The notes: generated by a model not told the origin, from the letters alone. A DNA stretch of 50,498 bases from Oscillospiraceae bacterium (GCA_015064135.1 SVSU01000002.1:1-50498); one strand, 5' to 3'; counted from the stretch's first letter, positions 27,150-35,233 are shown. Numbers and translations are program-made.

Positions 27150-29450
27150 ATGAATCATCAGATCAGCGGACTTGATTTTAAGATCCACGAAATGGCGGGG
27201 CGAATTCGAGAGCTTCGTGAAATTGAAGGCTACACCGTCGAGGATATGGCGGCAAAAACGGGCGTTGATGCGGCGGAATACATTGCCTGCGAGGAGGGCA
27301 GAAGTGACCTTAACTTTGCCTTCATTTATCGCTGTGCCCTGGCTTTCAATGTGGACGTAACCGATATTATCGAAGGTAAGTCTCCGACCCTTGCTACCTA
27401 TGTTGTTACTCGTAAGGGCATGGGTCAGCGCATTGAGGAAGCACACGGTATGGTGTATCACAACCTTGCCGGCTCCTTCCGAAACAGAATCGCTGAGCCT
27501 TTGTATGTCAAGATGGAATATAAAGAGGAGGCTCTTCGCCGCGATATCGAGATGACCACCCACGACGGTCAGGAATGCGACATCGTGGTAAGCGGTACGC
27601 TGAAGGTTCAGATCGGTGAGCACCGCGAGATCCTTCATGCCGGGGACTCCATTTATTACGACAGCTCTATCCCCCACGGTATGATTGCCGTTGACGGAGA
27701 GGACTGCGTGTTCTATGCCATCGTGCTCAATCCCTCGGGTGAGCCCATTCCCGAGTTCTCCATCCCTGCGGCAGAGAAGCCCGAATATAAGACCAGGGTG
27801 GACGAAAAGTCAAGCGAGCGTATCTGGCGTAAGTTCGTTGATGTTGAGGAAAATGAAAACGGCACACCCACATCTATCACCTTTAAGAATGAGGACAAGT
27901 TCAACTTTGCCTTTGATGTGGTGGATGCTCTCGGTGAGGAAAAGCCCGACAAGCTCGCCATGGTGTATGTTGCAAACGACGGCGTGACCGACAAGCGACT
28001 GACCTTCAAGGATATGAAGCAAGGCTCCGCACAGTGCGCGAACTACTTCAAGTCCCTCGGTATCAAGAAGGGCGACACGGTTATGCTGGTGCTGAAGCGG
28101 CACTATCAGTTCTGGTATGCAATGCTGGGTCTTAATAAGCTGGGCGCCATTGCCATTCCCGCAACCTGTCAGCTTGTTGCCCACGACTTTGAGTACCGAT
28201 TCAATGCGGCTCATGTGACCGCCGTTATCTGTACCGCAGACGGGGACACCGCAAACCAGATCGATATGGTTGCCGATAAGTGTCCCGAGCTCAAGACAAA
28301 GATCATGGTAAACGGCACAAAGGAAGGCTGGCACGACTTCAACGAGGAAAGTGTGCTCTTCACCCGTAAGTATGTGCGTACCGAGGATGCACCTGCCGGA
28401 GACGACCCCCTTCTTGCATTCTTCACATCGGGTACAACGGGATATCCCAAGATTGCAATTCACAATCATAAATATCCCCTCGGTCATTTCCATACCGCAA
28501 AGTATTGGCATTGCGTAGACCCCGAGGGAATCCACTTCACCATTTCCGAAACGGGCTGGGCAAAGTCCATGTGGGGTAAGCTGTATGGTCAGTGGCTCTG
28601 CGAGGCGGCAACATTCGTGTTTGACTTCGACAGATTCGATGCCGCACAGATCCTGCCCATGTTCGAGAAGTATCACATCACCACATTCTGTGCGCCGCCT
28701 ACCATGTACCGTATGCTCATCAAGGACGACCTGTCAAAGTACAGCTATTCCTCCCTCCAGCACGCCACCACAGCAGGCGAGGCACTGAATCCCGAGGTGT
28801 TCAAGCAGTTTGAGGCGGCGACGGGGCTGAAGATCATGGAAGGCTTCGGTCAGAGTGAGACCACCTGCCTCCTCGGAAATCTGGTCGGTGCATCCCACAA
28901 GGTTGGCTCCATGGGTAAACCCTGTCCCATTTACGATGTGCATCTGGTTGATCCCGACGGAGCAGATGTTGGCGTCGGTGAAACGGGAGAAATCGTTATC
29001 AGAACAGCGGACAAGGTACCCTGCGGTCTGTTTATGGGATATTATCTGGATGAAGAAAAGACCGCCGAGGCGTGGTATGACGGATATTACCACACAGGCG
29101 ACCTTGCATGGCGCGATGAGGACGGCTTCTTCTGGTATGTTGGTCGTAAGGACGACGTTATCAAGTCATCCGGCTACCGCATCGGTCCCTTCGAGATCGA
29201 AAATGTTATTATGGAACTGCCCTATGTACTGGAATGCGGAGTTTCCGCTGCTCCCGACCCGGTACGCGGTCAGGTGGTAAAGGCATCCATCGTTCTCACC
29301 CGTGGTACAGAGCCGACAGACGAGCTGAAGAAGGAAATTCAGGAGTATGTAAAGAAGAACACCGCACCTTACAAGTACCCGAGAATCGTAGTGTTCTGTA
29401 CGGAACTGCCGAAAACCGTCAGCGGAAAGATCATCAGAAACAAGCTGTAA
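27150..29450 (+). CDS. Fusion protein: XRE-type HTH + cupin domain :: AMP-forming medium-chain acyl-CoA synthetase (MACS/ACSM-like)
   Basis: The ATG at 27150 follows AAGGAGG. The N-terminus has an HTH (RIRELREIEGYTVEDMAAKTGVDAAEYIACEEG) and a cupin (HDGQECDIVVSGTLKVQIGEH...GDSIYYDSSIPHG). From about aa 215 there are adenylate-forming motifs FFTSGTTGYPK, ETGWAKSMWGKLYGQW, GFGQSET, YHTGDLA, GRKDDVIKSSGYRIGPFEIE and PKTVSGKI. The listed start at 26946 overlaps the T-box. Confidence 0.85.
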   Translation: MNHQISGLDFKIHEMAGRIRELREIEGYTVEDMAAKTGVDAAEYIACEEGRSDLNFAFIYRCALAFNVDVTDIIEGKSPTLATYVVTRKGMGQRIEEAHGMVYHNLAGSFRNRIAEPLYVKMEYKEEALRRDIEMTTHDGQECDIVVSGTLKVQIGEHREILHAGDSIYYDSSIPHGMIAVDGEDCVFYAIVLNPSGEPIPEFSIPAAEKPEYKTRVDEKSSERIWRKFVDVEENENGTPTSITFKNEDKFNFAFDVVDALGEEKPDKLAMVYVANDGVTDKRLTFKDMKQGSAQCANYFKSLGIKKGDTVMLVLKRHYQFWYAMLGLNKLGAIAIPATCQLVAHDFEYRFNAAHVTAVICTADGDTANQIDMVADKCPELKTKIMVNGTKEGWHDFNEESVLFTRKYVRTEDAPAGDDPLLAFFTSGTTGYPKIAIHNHKYPLGHFHTAKYWHCVDPEGIHFTISETGWAKSMWGKLYGQWLCEAATFVFDFDRFDAAQILPMFEKYHITTFCAPPTMYRMLIKDDLSKYSYSSLQHATTAGEALNPEVFKQFEAATGLKIMEGFGQSETTCLLGNLVGASHKVGSMGKPCPIYDVHLVDPDGADVGVGETGEIVIRTADKVPCGLFMGYYLDEEKTAEAWYDGYYHTGDLAWRDEDGFFWYVGRKDDVIKSSGYRIGPFEIENVIMELPYVLECGVSAAPDPVRGQVVKASIVLTRGTEPTDELKKEIQEYVKKNTAPYKYPRIVVFCTELPKTVSGKIIRNKL

Positions 29451-29503
29451 TAGGGAAAGTCGGCGTTACTGTCCTACCTTTTTGGGGTGATATCAAGTTG
29501 AAA

Positions 29504-29538
29504 AAGTGCAGATTTTCATTGAAGATCTGCACTTTTTT
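29504..29538 (+). terminator. Rho-independent terminator of the acyl-CoA synthetase fusion gene
   Basis: AAGTGCAGAT (29504-29513) / ATCTGCACTT (29525-29534), followed by TTTT. Confidence 0.8.
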
Positions 29539-29580
29539 GTCGTATTTGGCATCAATTTGGTGTAAAAAGAGAATATTCTA

Positions 29581-29609
29581 TTGACATTTTTCAATATTAT
29601 GTGTATACT
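29581..29609 (+). promoter_or_regulatory. Sigma-A promoter upstream of the first Zn-ribbon gene
   Basis: TTGACA (29581-29586), a 17-nt spacer, then TATACT (29604-29609). Confidence 0.55.
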
Positions 29610-29682
29610 TTATATATACTTTTCCGAGAGAATGATGTTTTAACATGATTGACATCGCAGAATTTCGGCATGGAGGTATTTT

Positions 29683-30006
29683 ATGAAATATTGTACGCAC
29701 TGCGGTGCACAGATCCACGAAGAAGCGGTAGTCTGTGTGCATTGCGGATGCAGTGTTGAGGATCCTCGCAATCGCCGTATGAATCAGCGGGACGACACCC
29801 TCGGTACGGTGGTAAAGGTGTTTATGATCCTCGGCTGTATTTCTCAGGGATGGATGATCCTACCTCTGTTATGGTGTATTCCCATGACAATTTCGGTGTT
29901 TAATTCCCTTAATGAAAATCGTCCCATCGGTGTGGGAATGAAAATATGCACTCTGCTTTTTGTCAACACCATAGCAGGAGTGTGTATGCTGTGTATGGAC
30001 GACTGA
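29683..30006 (+). CDS. Small Zn-ribbon membrane protein (two predicted TM segments)
   Basis: The N-terminus MKYCTHCGAQIHEEAVVCVHCGC has a CxxC...CxxC ribbon. The C-terminal half is hydrophobic. GGAGG lies upstream of the ATG. Confidence 0.65.
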   Translation: MKYCTHCGAQIHEEAVVCVHCGCSVEDPRNRRMNQRDDTLGTVVKVFMILGCISQGWMILPLLWCIPMTISVFNSLNENRPIGVGMKICTLLFVNTIAGVCMLCMDD

Positions 30007-30055
30007 GTGGGGATAACGTGCAGTTTGATTTGTAAGCGAACCGCCCCACTCCCGA
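30005..30055 (+). repeat. Structured intergenic repeat, copy A (stem-loop 1 only)
   Basis: 51 nt identical to 30136-30186. It has an internal 8-bp stem GAGTGGGG (30005-30012) / CCCCACTC (30044-30051) and a 31-nt loop. It overlaps the TGA stop of the upstream gene. The strand is not established. Confidence 0.8.
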
Positions 30056-30088
30056 AAAAACCTTTCAAAATGGGTCCCACCATTTTGA

Positions 30089-30112
30089 ATCACCTGCGGT
30101 GATCGGTTTTTT
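30089..30112 (+). terminator. Small hairpin + T6 (terminator-like) after repeat copy A
   Basis: ATCACC (30089-30094) / GGTGAT (30098-30103), then CGGTTTTTT. It is preceded by a 10-bp hairpin TTCAAAATGG/CCATTTTGAA (30065-30090). The 3-nt loop makes it marginal. Confidence 0.4.
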
Positions 30113-30135
30113 CCAACGTATAGCTTGAATATATC

Positions 30136-30224
30136 GAGTGGGGATAACGTGCAGTTTGATTTGTAAGCGAACCGCCCCACTCCCGAGAATTTCCCTTACG
30201 GAAAATTCTCCAAGGTGCAAGTTG
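30136..30224 (+). repeat. Structured intergenic repeat, copy B (stem-loop 1 + hairpin 2 + conserved tail)
   Basis: 30136-30186 is identical to copy A. Hairpin 2 GAGAATTTCC-CTTAC-GGAAAATTCTC is at 30185-30210, followed by the tail CCAAGGTGCAAGTTG. It has the same architecture as 36435-36520, with compensatory changes. Confidence 0.8.
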
Positions 30225-30328
30225 ATTCTATTGAGTCCGAAAGATTCAGATAAACTTTTCATATCAAATGTCGTTACTGCTCCGGGAAAACGGGGCATAC
30301 GAAATAAATTTTTTTAAGGAGAGACATT

Positions 30329-30823
30329 ATGAAGTATTGTTCAAAATGCGGAGCACAGCTCGCGGATAATGCGGCTGCATGCATGAGCTGCGGCTGCAGT
30401 GCGGCTCCCACACAGACAGGACCTGTCGGAAAGTTAAGCACAAACAGAGGCTTGGCGAAGTATATTTTCCTGTCCCTTATCACCTTCGGCATTTACGGCC
30501 TGGTGGTGATGTCCGCAGTCAGTACGGATATCAACGTTATTGCGGGAAGATACGACGGCAAGAAGACAATGCACTTCTGCCTTGTGTTCTTCATTTTTGC
30601 AGGTCTTACTTTGGGTATCGTTCCCCTTGTATGGTATCACAGACTGAGCAACAGAATCGGCGATGAGCTGAATCGAAGAGGTATTGCATATCCTTTCAGC
30701 GCAGGTACATACTGGGGATGGAGCATCCTCGGCAGCCTTATCGTTGTAGGCCCCTTCGTTTACATCCACAAACTGCTGAAGGCGATGAACCTCCTTGCGG
30801 CGGATTACAATGTGAAGGGTTAA
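30329..30823 (+). CDS. Zn-ribbon + DUF4234-type membrane protein
   Basis: The N-terminus is MKYCSKCGAQLADNAAACMSCGC. The body YIFLSLITFGIYGLVVM...GIVPLVWYHRLSNRIGDEL fits the DUF4234 pattern. AAGGAGAG lies upstream of the ATG. Confidence 0.7.
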   Translation: MKYCSKCGAQLADNAAACMSCGCSAAPTQTGPVGKLSTNRGLAKYIFLSLITFGIYGLVVMSAVSTDINVIAGRYDGKKTMHFCLVFFIFAGLTLGIVPLVWYHRLSNRIGDELNRRGIAYPFSAGTYWGWSILGSLIVVGPFVYIHKLLKAMNLLAADYNVKG

Positions 30824-30838
30824 TGGGATGAAATAAAA

Positions 30839-30874
30839 AATGTGCAGATTTGTCGGATAATCTGCACATTTTTT
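30839..30874. terminator. Bidirectional terminator between the DUF4234 and XRE genes
   Basis: A 12-bp stem AATGTGCAGATT (30839-30850) / AATCTGCACATT (30859-30870), flanked by an A-run upstream and TTTT downstream. Confidence 0.8.
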
Positions 30875-30888
30875 GTTTTCCAAAGGTG

Positions 30889-31101
30889 TCAGGAGAGGAG
30901 TTCCTCATATGACACGTCCAGTATTTCTTTGATGAGAATAACTTCGTCAATGTAAAGGTGCCGCTGACCAACCTCGATTTTTGCAACAGCACTTCTGGTA
31001 AGGTCACAGCCGCGAAGTTGTAATTTTGTGGCGAGAAGTTCCTGGGTTATGCCAATGCGTTCACGAAATGTACGGATGTTTTTGCCGATTCTTTTTTCCA
31101 C
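30889..31101 (-). CDS. XRE-family helix-turn-helix transcriptional regulator (70 aa)
   Basis: IGKNIRTFRERIGITQELLATKLQLRGCDLTRSAVAKIEVGQR is a classic Cro/C1 HTH. It has a GTG start with no obvious SD, so the start is uncertain. Confidence 0.65.
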   Translation of the reverse strand: MEKRIGKNIRTFRERIGITQELLATKLQLRGCDLTRSAVAKIEVGQRHLYIDEVILIKEILDVSYEELLS

Positions 31102-31230
31102 TTGTAAAAACTCGGATTCCGAGACCGCCTTGAAGGAGAATCTCCGAAGTAAACGGGGTAACAGCTTATTTCAGGTATTTCCTTCTTTCGGTGGGGTTTG
31201 GGTCGCCTCTATTATACCGCAAAAGCAGCA

Positions 31231-31276
31231 ACCGGGCTATCCTTTTTTCGGATAACCCGGTCGTTTTTTGTTTTTT
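31231..31276. terminator. Hairpin terminator downstream of the lipoprotein gene (strong T-tract on the + side)
   Basis: ACCGGGCTATCC (31231-31242) / GGATAACCCGGT (31250-31261) with one mismatch. It is followed on + by CGTTTTTTGTTTTTT and on - by TGCTGCTTTTG. On the - strand a TATAAT (31216-31211) lies just downstream and could drive the XRE gene. Confidence 0.5.
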
Positions 31277-31334
31277 GTTGGCTACCTTGGTGCAGCAGCC
31301 CCATAAAATGTTCGGGTAAATTGAAATTTACTAA

Positions 31335-31808
31335 TCAGTCATTTTCGTACTCTGCAAGCATTTTATCAAGCTCTCGCACAAAATTTCTGTAACCCTTAGG
31401 GAAATTCTCAGAACCATCGGCGTGTATGTTTTGTCCGTCGTTTACAGCAGCCTTGAAGTCAAACATTATCCCGTCCTTAACATTTTTCGGGTGCTTGCCG
31501 TGGAATCCGTCCCAACGAATTACACCGCAGTTATTCATAAGTTCAATAAAACCATTTGTGTCACAAGCAGCACTTGCTTCAAGCTCAAGAATATCTTCTC
31601 CATTTGAATACACTTTTCTGAAACGCTTGAGTTCTGTTTTTCCGTCTTTGTCTGCGATTTCATACACACTGGTGCCTCTCATTCCTTGCACAGTAAGTGT
31701 AATCATATCAAATGAGGTAACCGTTTTTCTTGAGTCCCCTGCACAGCCGAGCAGTCCGATTGATGCCGAAAACATTAAAGTTGTTATCAAAATTATGAAC
31801 TTCTTCAT
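31335..31808 (-). CDS. Lipoprotein of unknown function
   Basis: Lipobox MKKFIILITTLMFSASIGLLGCAG. AAGGGGA lies upstream of the ATG. I recognise no family. Confidence 0.6.
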   Translation of the reverse strand: MKKFIILITTLMFSASIGLLGCAGDSRKTVTSFDMITLTVQGMRGTSVYEIADKDGKTELKRFRKVYSNGEDILELEASAACDTNGFIELMNNCGVIRWDGFHGKHPKNVKDGIMFDFKAAVNDGQNIHADGSENFPKGYRNFVRELDKMLAEYEND

Positions 31809-32135
31809 TCAAAAATCCCCTTGATTAAAGATTATCTGTCTCAGTAAATTCCAATTTGTCTAACTTTTCCCAAAGATACTTTTCAAGTATTATTATACCA
31901 TGAATATGTGGAATTCTCAATGTGCTGTGCTAAATGTTCACAGATTGGTTGCAAAAATGATCCGCGAAAGGGGGCCGAAAATTTGCTCATAAGATATATA
32001 TTAAGCCGGCGAAGAATGGTTATTGACTACTGCAGCACGCATGACTCTTACCCTGAGTAATAATGGAAAGAATGACCCAGACGAGAATTGATATGAGTGA
32101 GCTTTTAGCACAAAAGATATTTAACACAAAGGTCA

Positions 32136-32173
32136 CACAAAAAAGGTATGCAGAAAAACTCTGCATACCTTTT
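32136..32173 (-). terminator. Terminator of the perR-rubrerythrin operon
   Basis: AAAAGGTATGCAG (32141-32153) / CTGCATACCTTTT (32161-32173). On the - strand it is followed by a T-run (the A-run 32136-32144 on +). Confidence 0.75.
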
Positions 32174-32224
32174 GGTGCTATATTGCCGTTTTTCCTTGAT
32201 TTACAAGGGTTTTGCTATGAGCGA

Positions 32225-32779
32225 TTATTTGAAATAACGGTTGAGCAGACCTTCAAATGCCTTGCCGTGTCTTGCTTCGTCGCGTGCCATTTCATGAACG
32301 GTGTCGTGAATCGCGTCCAGATTGTGCTGCTTTGCCATCTTCGCCAGGTCGAACTTGCCTGCGGTAGCGCCGTTTTCAGCTTCTACGCGCATTTCCAGAT
32401 TCTTCTTTGTGGATGTGGTAACAACCTCTCCGAGAAGTTCTGCAAACTTTGCCGCGTGTTCAGCTTCTTCGTATGCTGCCTTTTCCCAGTACAGACCGAT
32501 TTCGGGATAGCCTTCTCTGTGTGCAACTCTTGCCATTGCCAGATACATACCAACCTCGGTGCACTCGCCGTTGAAGTTTGCGCGCAGACCGTCGATGATC
32601 TCCTGAGGAACACCCTCTGCCTTGCCTACGCCAACCTCGTGTTCAGCCGCCCATGTCAGCTCGCCGTTTTCAACAATTTCTTCAAACTTTTCAGCAGGTG
32701 CCTTGCAAAGGGGGCACTTTTCGGGGGCGTGTTCTCCTTCAACGATTTCGCCGCAAATTGAGCATCTCCACTTTTTCAT
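32225..32779 (-). CDS. rbr: Reverse rubrerythrin (N-terminal rubredoxin-like, C-terminal ferritin-like di-iron domain)
   Basis: N-terminal CSIC...CPLC rubredoxin motif, followed by a four-helix region with ExxH motifs ([21 protein letters not shown]). AAGGAG lies upstream of the ATG. Confidence 0.85.
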   Translation of the reverse strand: MKKWRCSICGEIVEGEHAPEKCPLCKAPAEKFEEIVENGELTWAAEHEVGVGKAEGVPQEIIDGLRANFNGECTEVGMYLAMARVAHREGYPEIGLYWEKAAYEEAEHAAKFAELLGEVVTTSTKKNLEMRVEAENGATAGKFDLAKMAKQHNLDAIHDTVHEMARDEARHGKAFEGLLNRYFK

Positions 32780-32827
32780 AACTTTATCTCCTTTAGTTAA
32801 ATGAATTTTTATTGTTTATTCGGGCGC

Positions 32828-33232
32828 TTATTGCCCGGGAATTTCGCTTTCCGCTATGCATTTGGGGCATAGACCGATGAATTCAAGATTGTGCGACTGC
32901 ACTGCGAATCCTGCGCTGTCTGCAACATATTCCGTGGGATCCTTCATGCCGCACAGCTCCACATCCGCTACATATCCGCATTTCGGACAGGAAATATGGT
33001 AGTGCGGCTTCAGAGTGATGTCAAACCGATCGTCTTCCCCTGTAAAGTGGATTCTGAGCAGCTTCCCATCCTCCGCTGAGTCCGACAGTACCCTGAACAC
33101 CGTTGCTCTGCTGATGGTGGGATTGTCCTTCCGAACCTCCTCGTATACCATGCTCGCCGAAGCGTGGCAGTTCAGTTTGCAGAGAGCCTCAAGGATCACG
33201 GCCTTTTGTTTTGTGTTTCGTCGTGTTTTCAC
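32828..33232 (-). CDS. perR: Fur-family regulator, probably PerR
   Basis: A winged helix (TKQKAVILEAL...ASMVYEEV...ISRATVFRVL) and CPKC...CPKC structural Zn motifs. It lies directly upstream of rubrerythrin. The likely start is GTG 33232, 7 nt after AAGGAG. The listed TTG at 33250 lies upstream of that SD. Confidence 0.7.
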   Translation of the reverse strand: MKTRRNTKQKAVILEALCKLNCHASASMVYEEVRKDNPTISRATVFRVLSDSAEDGKLLRIHFTGEDDRFDITLKPHYHISCPKCGYVADVELCGMKDPTEYVADSAGFAVQSHNLEFIGLCPKCIAESEIPGQ

Positions 33233-33567
33233 TTTCAGGCTCCTTAACAAGACTCAGTATCATTTATCTTACGACTATATTATAACATATAAATCTCGTT
33301 TGTCAATAGGTTTTTGAGATTTTTTTAAAAAATTTTTTTGGGGAGGGGGAATACTTATTTGAGGAAGTCTATTTCCCCAAAAAACCGATTGATTTTGGGA
33401 AATGGATGTGGTGTAATGACTGTGAGAGGTGAACTTTTATGAAATTGACTGCTCGAAACAATTCCCCGGAGGATGTGTTTACAGAATTGTAATTACCAAT
33501 ACAATATCAACCTGTATAATATATGAAAAATCCACACACAGCATATACGCGACAAGGAGAAAAAACA

Positions 33568-34929
33568 TTGAACAGATCTTATTCGGAAATTACGGAATAT
33601 ATAAAAGAACTTGCGGCAATTTCGTGCAGCAACAATCACATTAAAACCGAAATGTATCCGGAACACAATGTAATGCGTGGACTCCGTGACCTTGACGGCA
33701 ACGGGGTTGTAACCGGACTTACAGAAATCTCTCACATCAAAGCAAAGGCAAAAGGACTTAACGGCGAAACCATTCCTTGCGAAGGAGAACTGTATTATCG
33801 AGGTTATAACATCAAGGATCTTGTCGATGGCTTTCAAAAAACAGGTAGATTTGGTTTTGAAGAAGCGATATATCTTCTCTTGTTTTCGGAGCTTCCCTCA
33901 AGGGATGAACTTGAGAGATTCAAGAAAACACTTGCTGATTACAGAAGCCTTCCGCAGTCCTTCGTCCGTGATATGATACTGAAAGCACCCAGCAAGGATA
34001 TGATGAATATTCTTTCAAGAAGTGTTCTCGCACTGTATTCATACGACGAAAATCCGGACGATACATCGGTTGAAAACGTACTCAGGCAAAGCTTACAGCT
34101 TATAGCTATGTTCCCGCTTTTGGCGGTGTACGGTTATCATGGATACAGGCATTATCATCTTTTCAAAAGCTTGCATATCCGATACCCCAAGCCGGAAATG
34201 TCAACGGCAGAAAATATACTCCATATTCTTCGTAAAGACGGTCATTTTACTCCGCTTGAAGCAGAGGTGCTTGACCTTGCACTTGTTCTTCACGCTGAAC
34301 ACGGCGGTGGTAATAATTCAAGCTTTACCACTCACGTTGTCACTTCATCGGGAACAGACACCTATTCTGCAATAGCGGCGGCACTCGGTTCTCTTAAAGG
34401 ACCGAGACACGGCGGTGCAAACATCAAGGTCGTCCAGATGTTTGATGATATGAAGAAATCTATTGACACCACAGACGAAAATCAGATTAAAGCGTATCTT
34501 TTGCGTCTTCTGAACAAAGAAGCATTTGACAACGCAGGTTTAATCTATGGCATGGGACACGCTGTATATTCCAAGTCCGATCCGAGAGCAGATGTTTTGA
34601 AGATATGTGCTAAAGATTTGGCAAAAGAAAAAGGATGTGATGAAGATTACGCATTGTATGAAGCGGTAGAAAGACTTGCGCCCGAAATCATCAGCGAAAA
34701 GCGTAAGATATATAAGGGTGTCAGCGCCAACGTGGACTTTTATTCCGGCTTGATATATAAAATGCTCAAGCTCCCCTATGAGCTGTACACTCCCATCTTT
34801 GCAATCGCAAGAATTGCAGGCTGGAGTGCTCATAGAATTGAGGAAATTCAGAATAACGGCAAAATTATCCGCCCTGCATACATCAATGTGAAAGAGCCGA
34901 GAAAATATGTGAATATTGAGGATAGATAA
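33568..34929 (+). CDS. Citrate synthase
   Basis: Catalytic motifs HAEHGGGNNS, GPRHGGAN and GMGHAVYSKSDPRA. I prefer TTG 33568, 8 nt after AAGGAG. The listed ATG at 33523 lies only about 10 nt after a TGTATAAT -10 element (33506-33513). Confidence 0.85.
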   Translation: MNRSYSEITEYIKELAAISCSNNHIKTEMYPEHNVMRGLRDLDGNGVVTGLTEISHIKAKAKGLNGETIPCEGELYYRGYNIKDLVDGFQKTGRFGFEEAIYLLLFSELPSRDELERFKKTLADYRSLPQSFVRDMILKAPSKDMMNILSRSVLALYSYDENPDDTSVENVLRQSLQLIAMFPLLAVYGYHGYRHYHLFKSLHIRYPKPEMSTAENILHILRKDGHFTPLEAEVLDLALVLHAEHGGGNNSSFTTHVVTSSGTDTYSAIAAALGSLKGPRHGGANIKVVQMFDDMKKSIDTTDENQIKAYLLRLLNKEAFDNAGLIYGMGHAVYSKSDPRADVLKICAKDLAKEKGCDEDYALYEAVERLAPEIISEKRKIYKGVSANVDFYSGLIYKMLKLPYELYTPIFAIARIAGWSAHRIEEIQNNGKIIRPAYINVKEPRKYVNIEDR

Positions 34930-35196
34930 AAGGCGGCAGAGTCGACGGTCCGACTGCTGTATTGGTTTGTGCAAAAGATTACAATTATTGTTTTTATTAC
35001 TCGTGCCAAAATCCTTGCTCTGCGGTAAGTTTTGAGGCATAATAAAATGGGAGGGCGTTGCATTGTAAATACGGCACCCTCCTTTGATTTTGCATCAGAA
35101 CCTCCCTCTGATTTTGTGGCAGATGCGGCAAGCAACAGCATAATCAAGAAAAGCTGCACTGCCGCCAGAACACTTTGTGAATTTTTTTGAAAAACC

Positions 35197-35225
35197 TTGA
35201 TATTTTCAGTGAAGTGATATATAAT
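35197..35225 (+). promoter_or_regulatory. Sigma-A promoter of recA
   Basis: TTGATA (35197-35202), a 17-nt spacer, then TATAAT (35220-35225). Confidence 0.65.
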
Positions 35226-35233
35226 AGAAATAA

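Noticed and set aside
30005-30186. Possible CRISPR array, here and at 36441-36609.
   Set aside because: Each locus has only two repeat copies. The repeats are 51-76 nt, too long for CRISPR. The spacers are 80 and 17 nt. There are no cas genes in the window and no leader-like AT-rich flank.
31102-31276. Orphan + strand sRNA ending at the strong hairpin + T6GT6 terminator.
   Set aside because: I could not find a credible + strand promoter. The simpler reading on the - strand is lipoprotein-gene terminator, then TATAAT (31216-31211), then the XRE leader. The + strand T-tract would then be the A-tract of that terminator. This remains untested.
32063-32761. A 232-aa + strand ORF overlapping rubrerythrin.
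   Set aside because: It is antisense to a gene with clear rubredoxin and di-iron motifs. Its 5' end runs through the operon terminator hairpin.
33333-33384. The hairpin GGGGAATA/TATTTCCCC as a transcription terminator.
   Set aside because: The T-run precedes the stem and the A-run follows it on both strands, which is the wrong polarity for an intrinsic terminator. It also sits between divergent genes.
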